A DNA stretch of 64,000 nucleotides, taken from positions 96,596,001 through 96,660,000 of the forward strand of contig OZ024746.1 of assembly GCA_964016885.1 (NCBI GenBank), read 5' to 3'. The notes below the pieces were generated by a model. The model worked only from the letters and a program-made list of their open reading frames with translations. It did not search any database and was not told the origin of the DNA. Of this stretch, positions 31,101 to 46,750 are shown piece by piece (within the stretch, counting starts at the first letter, position 1; every line of letters starts with the position of its first letter). The translations under genes and the position numbers were made by a program. The DNA is from Eledone cirrhosa (lineage: Eukaryota).

Positions 31101-31245
31101 CAGAGGCACCTCTCCATCTCACCTCTTGCACGCAGCACACATCCACCTGCCTTCTCTCCAGCATCTCCGCTATTTCAGCAGATCGACCTCTGAGAGTGCC
31201 AACATTAAGTGTTGCAACTCTGAGATGCGACGTCTTCATATTTTC
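28171..31245 (-). mobile_element. Near full-length RTE-clade LINE (AP endonuclease + RT), frameshifted
   Basis: Pieces: 31054-31239 [11 protein letters not shown]...[10 protein letters not shown]; 29855-30853 AGDFNGHVG...SQIDFLL...QHRLVV; 28231-29916 GKAAGPSG...NYRGIKL...QFGF...FVDLEKAFDRV...GVHQGSVLSP...YADDL. (cat)n tail at 28171. Confidence 0.96.
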
Positions 31246-31429
31246 CTATGCTGTTTTGTTGCTGTGCTGATAAGCTTTTTGGCATTGATACACTGGTTGG
31301 ATGCCCTTCCTAACACCAGCGCCACTTTACAGCATGGACTGGGTGCTTTTATTTGTGCCACCAGCACTAGAGAGGATGTCTTACTAGACTCAAGGGCCCT
31401 CTCTACCCCTCCATTTTACAGCATGGTAA

Positions 31430-31456
31430 ATATACATGCATATATATATATATACA

Positions 31457-31521
<65 letters not shown>

Positions 31522-31723
31522 GCATATCTATATGGTAAATATACATGCATGGTAAATATACATGCATATATATATATATATATATACATATATATATACA
31601 TACATATATACATACATATATATATACATACATATATACATATATACATGCATATATATATATATATATACATATATATATACATACATATATATATACA
31701 TACATATATACATATATACATGC

Positions 31724-31781
<58 letters not shown>

Positions 31782-32560
31782 ACATATATATACATATACA
31801 TATATATACATACATATATATACATATACATATATATACATATACATACATATACATACATATATATATACATACATATATATATACATACATATATATA
31901 TACATACATATATATATACATACATATATATATACATACATATACATACATATACATATATATACATATATATATACATACATATATATATACATACATA
32001 CATATATATATACATACATATACATATACATACATATATATATACATACATATACATATATATACATATATATATATATACATATACATATATATACATA
32101 TATATATATATACATATACATATATATACATATATATATATATACATATACATACATATATATATACATATACATACATATATATATACATATACATACA
32201 TATATATATATACATATACATATATATACATATATATATATATACATATACATATATATACATATATATATACATACATATACATATATATACATATATA
32301 TATACATACATATACATATATATACATATATATATATATACATATACATATATATACATATATATATACATACATATACATATATATACATATACATATA
32401 CATACATACATATATACATACATACATATACATATATATATATATATACATACATATATATATACATATACATATATATATACATATACATATACATATA
32501 TATATACATACATATACATATATATATACATACATATATACATACATACATACATATACA

Positions 32561-32596
<36 letters not shown>

Positions 32597-32942
32597 TATA
32601 TATACATACATACATACATATATATATACATACATATACATATACATACATATACATATACATACATATATATATACATACATATATATATACATACATA
32701 TATATATACATACATATATATATACATACATATACATATACATACATATATATATATACATACATATATATATACATACATATACATACATATATATATA
32801 CATACATATACATATACATACATATATATATACATACATATACATACATATATATATACATACATATACATATATATACATACATATACATATATATACA
32901 TATATATATATATACATATACATATATATATATATACATATA
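31430..32942. repeat. (TA)n/(TACA)n microsatellite
   Basis: Direct reading. Confidence 0.98.
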
Positions 32943-35583
32943 CAACTTTGAATAACTTTGAAATGTTTTGGCCAGTATTGGCCCAGGCCATGTCTAACTT
33001 AATAGCACCACCTGGCGAAGTCTTTCAATTCAGAATTTGGGCACCATGGCCCATTCGAGAAGAGAATTACTGTTTGCGGAGACATATCCGGGTGTGGGTG
33101 GTTTGTCCGGGATTACTTGGAGGAATTTGTCCAAAGACTTCTTGAATTTTGTGTGGTCAGTTTCTGTTTTGACGTGTCCTGGTGTGATGTTGAAGAGAGC
33201 AGGGCCGATTGAGGTGAAATAATTGTGCCGTATTGTTGTTATGAGTTGCGATTTAGATTTTTGAATGGGACGGATAGCACGGGGCCCAAGCCTTGGGTGT
33301 ATCTTGAAGGCGATGCCAACATCATTTGGGCAGTGATGATGGAACATTTTCCACATCATGCAGATAATATAACGCTCACGGCGACGTTGGAGTGAGTAAA
33401 GTTTCAGGTTTTCCAATCGACCCCAGTAGTCAAGGTCTGACATGCCATCTATCTTTTTCGTGATTGCCCTTTGAGGAGCTTCAAGTTTCATGATACTTTG
33501 TTTCGTGTGGGGAGACCACAGTGGACAACAGTATTCAAGGTGTGGTCGGGCGAAAGTAGAGAAGAGAAGGATAATGGTGCGGGAATCTCTCGACTGGAAG
33601 GTTCTCAGGATCCAGGAACACATTCTGCGGGCCATGTCAACTTTGCTGCTTATATGCGTGGTCCAGCTTATGTTGCTGTCCACGGTTACTCCCAAGTCTC
33701 TGATGTTGTTAGATGCCACGAGAGTTTCCCCGGAGGGAAGGGAGTACGGGAGTTTCAGAGCATCCTCTTTTCCAAAGTGGATCAGTTCGAATTTGTCTTC
33801 GTTCAGTAACATGTTGTTCTTTTCTGCCCATTGGGTAACAGCCAGTAGGTCTGACTGAAGGCTTATCCGGTCATCCACGCCATTGATGACCTTTTGGAGC
33901 TTGGAATCATCAGCGAAAATTTTAATGTTGCTGTGTTTGATGATGTCAGTGATCTCATTAATATAGATGATGAAGAGAAGTGGGCCCAACACAGTGCCTT
34001 GTGGGACTCCACTACTGACTTTGGCTGGGCTTGATTTGACTCCCTCAACTACAACATGTTGGGTTCTGTTTGACAGGAAGCTCTTGATCCACTGCAGCAG
34101 CTTTCCAGTGACACCAATATTGGACAGCTTTCTCAGTAGAATGTTATGATCAACCCTGTCAAAGGCCTTGCTGAAATCAAGGTAGATAACATCAGTGTTG
34201 GAACCCTCTCCCAAGGCTCTCAAAATGTCATCAAAGTGATGCAGTAGTTGCGTCAGGCAATCCCTTCCATTACGGAATCCATGCTGGTTGGAGTTCAGCA
34301 TATTGTTACTCTCAAGGAAGTGGGTCATTCGCGATCTCACCACTCGCTCAAATACCTTAATGATATGAGAGGTGAGTGAGATTGGACGGTAATTCACGGC
34401 AAGGGATTTGTTTCCCTTTTTGAAAACTGGGACAACAGACTGGGATAGAAGGTTTTCTGGCACATATCCAGCATCCAGTGAGTTCCGCCACAGATTGGCA
34501 AGAGGAGAAGCAAGTTGGTGTTGACACGCCTTCAAGACACAAGCAGGGAACCTATCGGGACCTACTGCTGAATTATGCTTGATTTCCTTTATTGCCGCCA
34601 AGACATCAGGGGCGCCAAACGTTATGTCCGATAAGGTGTAATGGGGAGTAACATCGCCGATACAGCCCAGATCGGCCATATCAGGATTGCTGAAAACAGA
34701 GCAGTATTGTTTCTGCAGTATCTCACCCATAGTTTTAGCATTGTCTTGAAGAGTGCCATTTTCATCAATTAGAGGCCAACAGTAGAGCCAGTGATTTTGT
34801 GTTTTTTTGCAAATGAAAAGAACACTTTGGGATTGAGTTTGATCTTCTCAATGGCCCAGGCCTCTTCAGCTCTTCTCTGATTGTTGATGAGGACATTATG
34901 TTGTTTTGGAGGTTATGTTTTTTAATCTCTAGTGATGAAATGGCAGTCAAGTTGATGTGTTGCTGCTGACAGTATTTCAGATTGTTGATTTTTTTGTTCG
35001 TTCTCTTAATTTTTCTGATGAGCGTTTTTCTATTTCTAGGGATTCTGCTCTTAGATTTGTTTATAGTTCTTAATGGGGTGTGTTTAGCACATATGTTTGT
35101 AACAGTGTCCACAAATGTCTGCCAGGACTTTTTGATGTTAGTGGGTGTATGAGTGTGCGTGAAGGACCAGTCGACATGTGCAAGATCATGACTGATCGCT
35201 TCCCAGTTTGCATTGTGGAAATCCATAGCGTCAAACGGATGGACAGGAGAAATGACATTGGGTTTGTATATTGGACGGTGGAATCTCAGATCACAGAGAA
35301 CCATGTCATGATCAGAGAGTAGAGTTTTCTCCACTGCAATATTGTGGATATTGTCAGTGTGATTGCTGAAAATTAAGTCTAGGACGTTTTTGTGGCACCT
35401 CGTTGGTTCGAGCACTAGTTGGGATAGGAAGAAATCATCCATGAAGTCAAGAAGCGATTCCACAGCTTCCCTGTCAGAGGTTGAGGCAGAAGAACCTGGT
35501 GGCAGGGTGTTTGTGGACCAGTCAACTCCGGGGAGGTTGAAGTCCCCCATCATTAAGATGTTGTCAGGGTGACACTCTTGGAT
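32943..35583 (-). mobile_element. 5'-truncated CR1-like LINE ORF2 (endonuclease C-terminus + open RT domain)
   Basis: 33030-34730: NYRPISLTS...NQHGFR...IYLDFSKAFDRV...SGVPQGTVLGPLLF...FADDSKL...RPHLEYC. 34860-35580: MGDFNLP...LDLIFSN...SDH. One frameshift near 34.8 kb; both ends in (TA)n. Confidence 0.93.
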
Positions 35584-35740
35584 ATACATATATATATATA
35601 TACATATACATATATATACATACATACATACATATACATATATATATATATACATACATATATATATATATATACATATATACATACATACATACATATA
35701 TATATATATATACATATATACATATACATATATACATACA

Positions 35741-35774
<34 letters not shown>

Positions 35775-35832
35775 CATACATATATACATACATACATATA
35801 CATACATATATATATACATACATATATGTATG

Positions 35833-35870
<38 letters not shown>

Positions 35871-35902
35871 TGTATGTATATATATATATATATATACATA
35901 CA

Positions 35903-35940
<38 letters not shown>

Positions 35941-35967
35941 CATACATATATATATATAATATATAAT
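35584..35967. repeat. (TA)n/(TACA)n microsatellite
   Basis: Direct reading. Confidence 0.98.
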
Positions 35968-37863
35968 AATAAATGCTCTGAAATAGCGATATATATATGA
36001 ATATAGACATAGAATATTCGAAAATATTCTGTATGTTTATAATAAACATTTTGAAGACCTAATCGCTATAGAATAGAATACGTCACGTATTACAATTAGA
36101 TTCTCGATAAAAGCAAGGGAAGTAATCTACGCGTTTCATTCTTGTTAGAATTCATCAGGACTACATATCCAGTGCTTTTATCGAGAATGACACAGCTAGA
36201 GACTTATAGAATACTTAGCTGTGTACAGGAACTGGTTTGAAAGAGCGGTTGCCGGTCCGGCAGAAATTAGAAATTGGAATAAATGCTCTGAAATAGCGAT
36301 ATATATATGAATATAGACATAGAATATTCGAAAATATTCTGTATGTTTATAATAAACATTTTGAAGACCTAATCGCTATAGAATAGAATACGTCACGTAT
36401 TACAATTAGATTCTCGATAAAAGCAAGGGAAGTAATCTACGCGTTTCATTCTTGTTAGAATTCATCAGGACTACATATCCAGTGCTTTTATCGAGAATGA
36501 CACAGCTAGAGACTTATAGAATACTTAGCTGTGTACAGGAACTGGTTTGAAAGAGCGGTTGCCGGTCCGGCAGAAATTAGAAATTGGAATAAATGCTCTG
36601 AAATAGCGATATATATATGAATATAGACATAGAATATTCGAAAATATTCTGTATGTTTATAATAAACATTTTGAAGACCTAATCGCTATAGAATAGAATA
36701 CGTCACGTATTACAATTAGATTCTCGATAAAAGCAAGGGAAGTAATCTACGCGTTTCATTCTTGTTAGAATTCATCAGGACTACATATCCAGTGCTTTTA
36801 TCGAGAATGACACAGCTAGAGACTTATAGAATACTTAGCTGTGTACAGGAACTGGTTTGAAAGAGCGGTTGCCGGTCCGGCAGAAATTAGAAATTGGAAT
36901 AAATGCTCTGAAATAGCGATATATATATGAATATAGACATAGAATATTCGAAAATATTCTGTATGTTTATAATAAACATTTTGAAGACCTAATCGCTATA
37001 GAATAGAATACGTCACGTATTACAATTAGATTCTCGATAAAAGCAAGGGAAGTAATCTACGCGTTTCATTCTTGTTAGAATTCATCAGGACTACATATCC
37101 AGTGCTTTTATCGAGAATGACACAGCTAGAGACTTATAGAATACTTAGCTGTGTACAGGAACTGGTTTGAAAGAGCGGTTGCCGGTCCGGCAGAAATTAG
37201 AAATTGGAATAAATGCTCTGAAATAGCGATATATATATGAATATAGACATAGAATATTCGAAAATATTCTGTATGTTTATAATAAACATTTTGAAGACCT
37301 AATCGCTATAGAATAGAATACGTCACGTATTACAATTAGATTCTCGATAAAAGCAAGGGAAGTAATCTACGCGTTTCATTCTTGTTAGAATTCATCAGGA
37401 CTACATATCCAGTGCTTTTATCGAGAATGACACAGCTAGAGACTTATAGAATACTTAGCTGTGTACAGGAACTGGTTTGAAAGAGCGGTTGCCGGTCCGG
37501 CAGAAATTAGAAATTGGAATAAATGCTCTGAAATAGCGATATATATATGAATATAGACATAGAATATTCGAAAATATTCTGTATGTTTATAATAAACATT
37601 TTGAAGACCTAATCGCTATAGAATAGAATACGTCACGTATTACAATTAGATTCTCGATAAAAGCAAGGGAAGTAATCTACGCGTTTCATTCTTGTTAGAA
37701 TTCATCAGGACTACATATCCAGTGCTTTTATCGAGAATGACACAGCTAGAGACTTATAGAATACTTAGCTGTGTACAGGAACTGGTTTGAAAGAGCGGTT
37801 GCCGGTCCGGCAGAAATTAGAAATTGGAATAAATGCTCTGAAATAGCGATATATATATGAATA
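35968..37863 (-). mobile_element. Retrozyme-like tandem array, family A, left arm (310-bp unit, about 6.1 copies, 6 HHRs)
   Basis: aaatgctctg at 35971, 36281, 36591, 36901, 37211, 37521 and 37831. HHR cores (minus) start at 36122, 36432, 36742, 37052, 37362 and 37672. Confidence 0.9.
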
Positions 37864-39285
37864 ACTGGATATGTAGTCCTGATGAATTCTAACAAGAATG
37901 AAACGCGTAGATTACTTCCCTTGCTTTTATCGAGAATCTAATTGTAATACGTGACGTATTCTATTCTATAGCGATTAGGTCTTCAAAATGTTTATTATAA
38001 ACATACAGAATATTTTCGAATATTCTATGTCTATATTCATATATATATCGCTATTTCAGAGCATTTATTCCAATTTCTAATTTCTGCCGGACCGGCAACC
38101 GCTCTTTCAAACCAGTTCCTGTACACAGCTAAGTATTCTATAAGTCTCTAGCTGTGTCATTCTCGATAAAAGCACTGGATATGTAGTCCTGATGAATTCT
38201 AACAAGAATGAAACGCGTAGATTACTTCCCTTGCTTTTATCGAGAATCTAATTGTAATACGTGACGTATTCTATTCTATAGCGATTAGGTCTTCAAAATG
38301 TTTATTATAAACATACAGAATATTTTCGAATATTCTATGTCTATATTCATATATATATCGCTATTTCAGAGCATTTATTCCAATTTCTAATTTCTGCCGG
38401 ACCGGCAACCGCTCTTTCAAACCAGTTCCTGTACACAGCTAAGTATTCTATAAGTCTCTAGCTGTGTCATTCTCGATAAAAGCACTGGATATGTAGTCCT
38501 GATGAATTCTAACAAGAATGAAACGCGTAGATTACTTCCCTTGCTTTTATCGAGAATCTAATTGTAATACGTGACGTATTCTATTCTATAGCGATTAGGT
38601 CTTCAAAATGTTTATTATAAACATACAGAATATTTTCGAATATTCTATGTCTATATTCATATATATATCGCTATTTCAGAGCATTTATTCCAATTTCTAA
38701 TTTCTGCCGGACCGGCAACCGCTCTTTCAAACCAGTTCCTGTACACAGCTAAGTATTCTATAAGTCTCTAGCTGTGTCATTCTCGATAAAAGCACTGGAT
38801 ATGTAGTCCTGATGAATTCTAACAAGAATGAAACGCGTAGATTACTTCCCTTGCTTTTATCGAGAATCTAATTGTAATACGTGACGTATTCTATTCTATA
38901 GCGATTAGGTCTTCAAAATGTTTATTATAAACATACAGAATATTTTCGAATATTCTATGTCTATATTCATATATATATCGCTATTTCAGAGCATTTATTC
39001 CAATTTCTAATTTCTGCCGGACCGGCAACCGCTCTTTCAAACCAGTTCCTGTACACAGCTAAGTATTCTATAAGTCTCTAGCTGTGTCATTCTCGATAAA
39101 AGCACTGGATATGTAGTCCTGATGAATTCTAACAAGAATGAAACGCGTAGATTACTTCCCTTGCTTTTATCGAGAATCTAATTGTAATACGTGACGTATT
39201 CTATTCTATAGCGATTAGGTCTTCAAAATGTTTATTATAAACATACAGAATATTTTCGAATATTCTATGTCTATATTCATATATA
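37864..39285 (+). mobile_element. Retrozyme-like tandem array, family A, inverted right arm (about 4.6 copies, 5 HHRs)
   Basis: Reverse complement of the left-arm unit; HHR cores at 37873, 38183, 38493, 38803 and 39113. Confidence 0.9.
38159..38247 (+). ncRNA. Type I hammerhead ribozyme (representative family A copy)
   Basis: GUAGUC-CUGAUGA-AUUCU AACA AGAAU-GAAA-CGCG-UA^-GAUUAC. Stem I is 6 bp, extended by GGA/UCC and a perfect 16-bp outer stem AUUCUCGAUAAAAGCA/UGCUUUUAUCGAGAAU. Predicted cut after 38219. Confidence 0.9.
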
Positions 39286-42688
<3,403 letters not shown>

Positions 42689-43055
42689 CATCATCATCAT
42701 CACCGTTTTACATCCGTTCTTCCACGCTAGCATGGGTTAGACGGGTTGTCCTGTTGTGGGCAGTGTCCGGTCGGCTGACCATGCCTTGCTCATATGGGAA
42801 CTGATCTGGCTTGATTTCTACAGCTGGATGCCCTTCCTAACACCAACCTCATCTACAGTGAGTGCTGGGTGCTTTTTCGTGGCGTCTACACGTCCACTTT
42901 ACAGTGTGGGTTGGGTGCTTTTTTGCCGTGGCACCTCCACGACCACCTTGCGGTGGGGTGTGTGGGGGGATATTGTCTATATGCTTCAGCTTGTACCCAT
43001 GGGAGGTCGGGTACTCTGTATTACTGCGTGCCGCCAGAAGTCACGGTCGTGTGTC
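42689..43055 (-). mobile_element. RTE 3'-UTR-only insertion (or RTE-tailed SINE)
   Basis: (cat)n...ttccacgctagcatgggttagacgg...gctggatgcccttcctaacaccaacc, as in the tails at 17087 and 45471. Confidence 0.75.
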
Positions 43056-43081
43056 ATACATATATATATATATATACATGC

Positions 43082-43114
<33 letters not shown>

Positions 43115-43622
43115 TTATATATATATATATATATACATATATACATATATTATATATATATATATAATATACATATATTATATATATACATACATATATT
43201 ATACATATATATACATACATATATTATATATATACATACATATATTATATATATACATACATATATTATACATATATATACATACATATATTATATATAT
43301 ACATACATATATTATACATATATATACATACATATATTATATATATATATACATATACATATATATACATACATATATTATATATATATATACATATACA
43401 TATATTATATATATACATACATATATTATACATATATATACATATATTATACATATATATACATACATATATTATATATATACATACATATATTATACAT
43501 ATATATACATATATTATACATATATATACATACATATATTATATATATATATACATACATACATATATTATATATATATATATACATACATATATTATAT
43601 ATATACATACATATATTATATA

Positions 43623-44558
43623 CTAGCAGTAAAGCCCGGCGTTGCTCGGGGTCGCTCAGTAGCTGTGTTAAAGTTACAATGTTAAGTTTCTTTCTTGGCT
43701 TAAAAACTGTAGTGTCTACTGTGCAGACTTGCATGTGGTGTTTTTGATTAATATTCCCTCAACCAACAATATGCCTTATGAAGTTAAGAAAACATAACGA
43801 TAACCCGAATGTTATAACAAAAGAGGATGCTGGGGATAGAAACTGCACTGGTTATTTATTAACAAAGATCGAAAATGTAAACACTGCAACGCAGAGAAAA
43901 ACATTAGCGTAACCAAATTATCAGTTATGTCTGTCTGCACACCTATATCACCTCTCTGCACGACTGTCTGTCTGCACGCCTATATCACCTCTCTGCACGA
44001 CTGTCTGTCTGCACGCCTATATCACCTCTCTGCACGACTATCTGTCTGCACGCCTATATCACCTCTCTGCACGACTGTCTGTCTGCACACGTATATCACC
44101 TCTCTGCACGACTGTCTGTCTGCACGCCTAACGACGAAATATTTGCTTGTTTTACGTAGTCTTTAAATAGACTTGTTTTCAAGTAAAAATATTGTTTTAA
44201 AATGCTTTTAAATGGAAATGAAGCAAAACGGACGCTTAGTGTTCGAACTGATGAATTTTGCAGGTCAATATTTTGCTATGTCATTTTAAACGCTGAGAAA
44301 GCCAGCGTAATTTTTTACGTAAGACGCTCAATGTAAACAGAACAAAGGGAAATAACTGATGACTTACGCTCAAAAATCGATACATTATATTCGATTTCGT
44401 CACATAGGGTGGGTCAATTTGAAATATTTTTTTTCCGATGTCTTCGCTAGGGCTCAATGTACAAGTATAGCAATTTCGGTGCAATTCTGTGAGAGATTCT
44501 AAGAGGAGATGTGTGCCAAAAATCGATAGACAGACAACCACAGTTTTATATATATAGA
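43623..44558 (-). mobile_element. Non-autonomous Helitron-like element with internal tandem repeat
   Basis: Minus strand begins TCTATATATATAAAA and ends with hairpin CCCGAGCAACGCCGGG, 8 nt, then CTAG followed by T; inserted in (TA)n. Confidence 0.75.
43928..44128. repeat. 37-bp minisatellite, about 5.4 copies
   Basis: Unit tgtctgtctgcacgcctatatcacctctctgcacgac. Confidence 0.95.
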
Positions 44559-45470
44559 CATACATACATATATTATATATATACATACATACATATATTA
44601 TATATATACATACATACATATATTATATATATACATACATACATATATTATATATATACATACATACATATATTATATATATATACATACATACATATAT
44701 TATATATATATACATACATATATTATATATATATACATACATATATTATATATATATACATACATATATTATATATATATACATACATATATTATATATA
44801 TATACATACATATATTATATATATATATATTACATATATTATATATATATATATTACATATATTATATATATATATATTACATATATTATATATATATAT
44901 ATTACATATATTATATATATATATATTACATATATTATATATATATATATTACATATATTATATATATATATATTACATATATTATATATATATATATTA
45001 CATATATTATATATATATATATTACATATATTATATATATATATATTACATATATTATATATATATATATTACATATATTATATATATATACATATATTA
45101 TATATATATACATATATTATATATATATATATTACATATATTATATATATACATATTACATATATTATATATATATATATTACATATATTATATATATAC
45201 ATATTACATATATTATATATATATATATATTACATATATTATATATTACATATATTATATATATATATATTACATATATATATATTACATATATTATATA
45301 TATATATATATTACATATATTATATATATATATATATTACATATATTATATATATATATATATTACATATATTATATATATATATATATTACATATATTA
45401 TATATATATATATATTACATATATTATATATATATATATATTACATATATTATATATATATATTACATAT
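44559..45470. repeat. TA-based higher-order repeat (tacatatatt(at)n)
   Basis: Direct reading; the same motif resumes at 46750-47200. Confidence 0.95.
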
Positions 45471-46750
45471 CATCATCATTATCATCATCAACGTTTAACG
45501 TCCGTGTTCCACGCTTGCATGGGTTTGGACGGGGGTAGTCCCACTTGAGGCAAGAGTGATTGTCTTGCTTGCATAGGACTGTCTGGCAGGTTTTCTACAG
45601 TTGGATGCCCTTCCTAACACCAACCACATTTACAGTGTGGGTCTGGGAGGTTTTTACCGTGTTGCCTACACGGCCACATTACAGCGTGGACTGTGTGTCG
45701 TGACACCTACACGATCTCATTTGTTTCGGCCTCGATGGCGCGGCACCAACATAACTTTACATAGAACGGGGTGGTGTGGATGGGGTGGGGGTGGTGGGAC
45801 GGGGTGTATTTTGTTAGAGATGCCTACTGGCTGGAGTAGGTTTTACTATATATTTAGGTAAGGCGGGTCTTCTCTGTTACTGAGTACCGCCAAAGGTCTC
45901 GGTCCAGTGACATTGTCTTGCAGAGGTGTAAGTGTGTGATGTCGGAGTTTATCAGCTCGTCCCAGGTTTTTCTAGGTCTGCCTATTCCGTGACTACCGTC
46001 TATCTTTATTGCCCTGCACTTTGTTATACAGCTATCGACTTTCATGCGCATCACGTGTCCATACCAACGTAGCCTTCTCTCGAGTAAACAACATCTGATC
46101 CCTCTTATCTCTAATTTTTTCCTTAGTTCGTTTATGCTTTGCCGTTCACGTATATTACTGTTACACATCCAGCGGAGCATGCAAGCTTCGTTCCTCTCTA
46201 GTCTGCGTATATCCTCTGCACACAATGCCCAGGTCTCACTGCCATGCAGCATTGCTGTTCGTATGCAGGCATCGTACAACCTGCCTTTCATTTTTAGGGA
46301 GAACCCTTTAGCAGCTAATAGTGGTATAAGCTCTCTGAACTTTTTCCAACCAGTTCTGACTCTAGCTACAGTACTTTCAGAGCACCCTCCCCCACTGCTG
46401 ATTTTATCGCCCAGGTAACGGAAGCTGTCCACTATTTCTATAGAACCCTCTGCGCAATTGAAAGAGCTAGTATTTTGTGGGCACTTGCTGCTACTTATTG
46501 CACCAGAACACCGGCCACATGTAAAATCTATGTTCTTAGTTAGCTTACCTGTGATCCCACTACATCTTTTATGCACCCATACTTTGCATTTAGGACATAA
46601 AATGGAGTTTCTACCTACGCCTTTCCTACACACCGAGCACGACCATTTCCCAGAAGGGACCGCCACCTTGTTTTCTTTCCTACAAACTAGTACTCTGGTC
46701 TTAGCCAGGTTAATTTTAAGTCCTTTTGACTCTAGGCCGTGCTTCCATGT
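45471..46750 (-). mobile_element. 5'-truncated RTE-clade LINE, same subfamily as 17087-18634
   Basis: ORF 45854-46666 [24 protein letters not shown]...MLHGSETW...LRWYGHVMRM...GRPRKTW; (cat)n tail. Confidence 0.93.
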
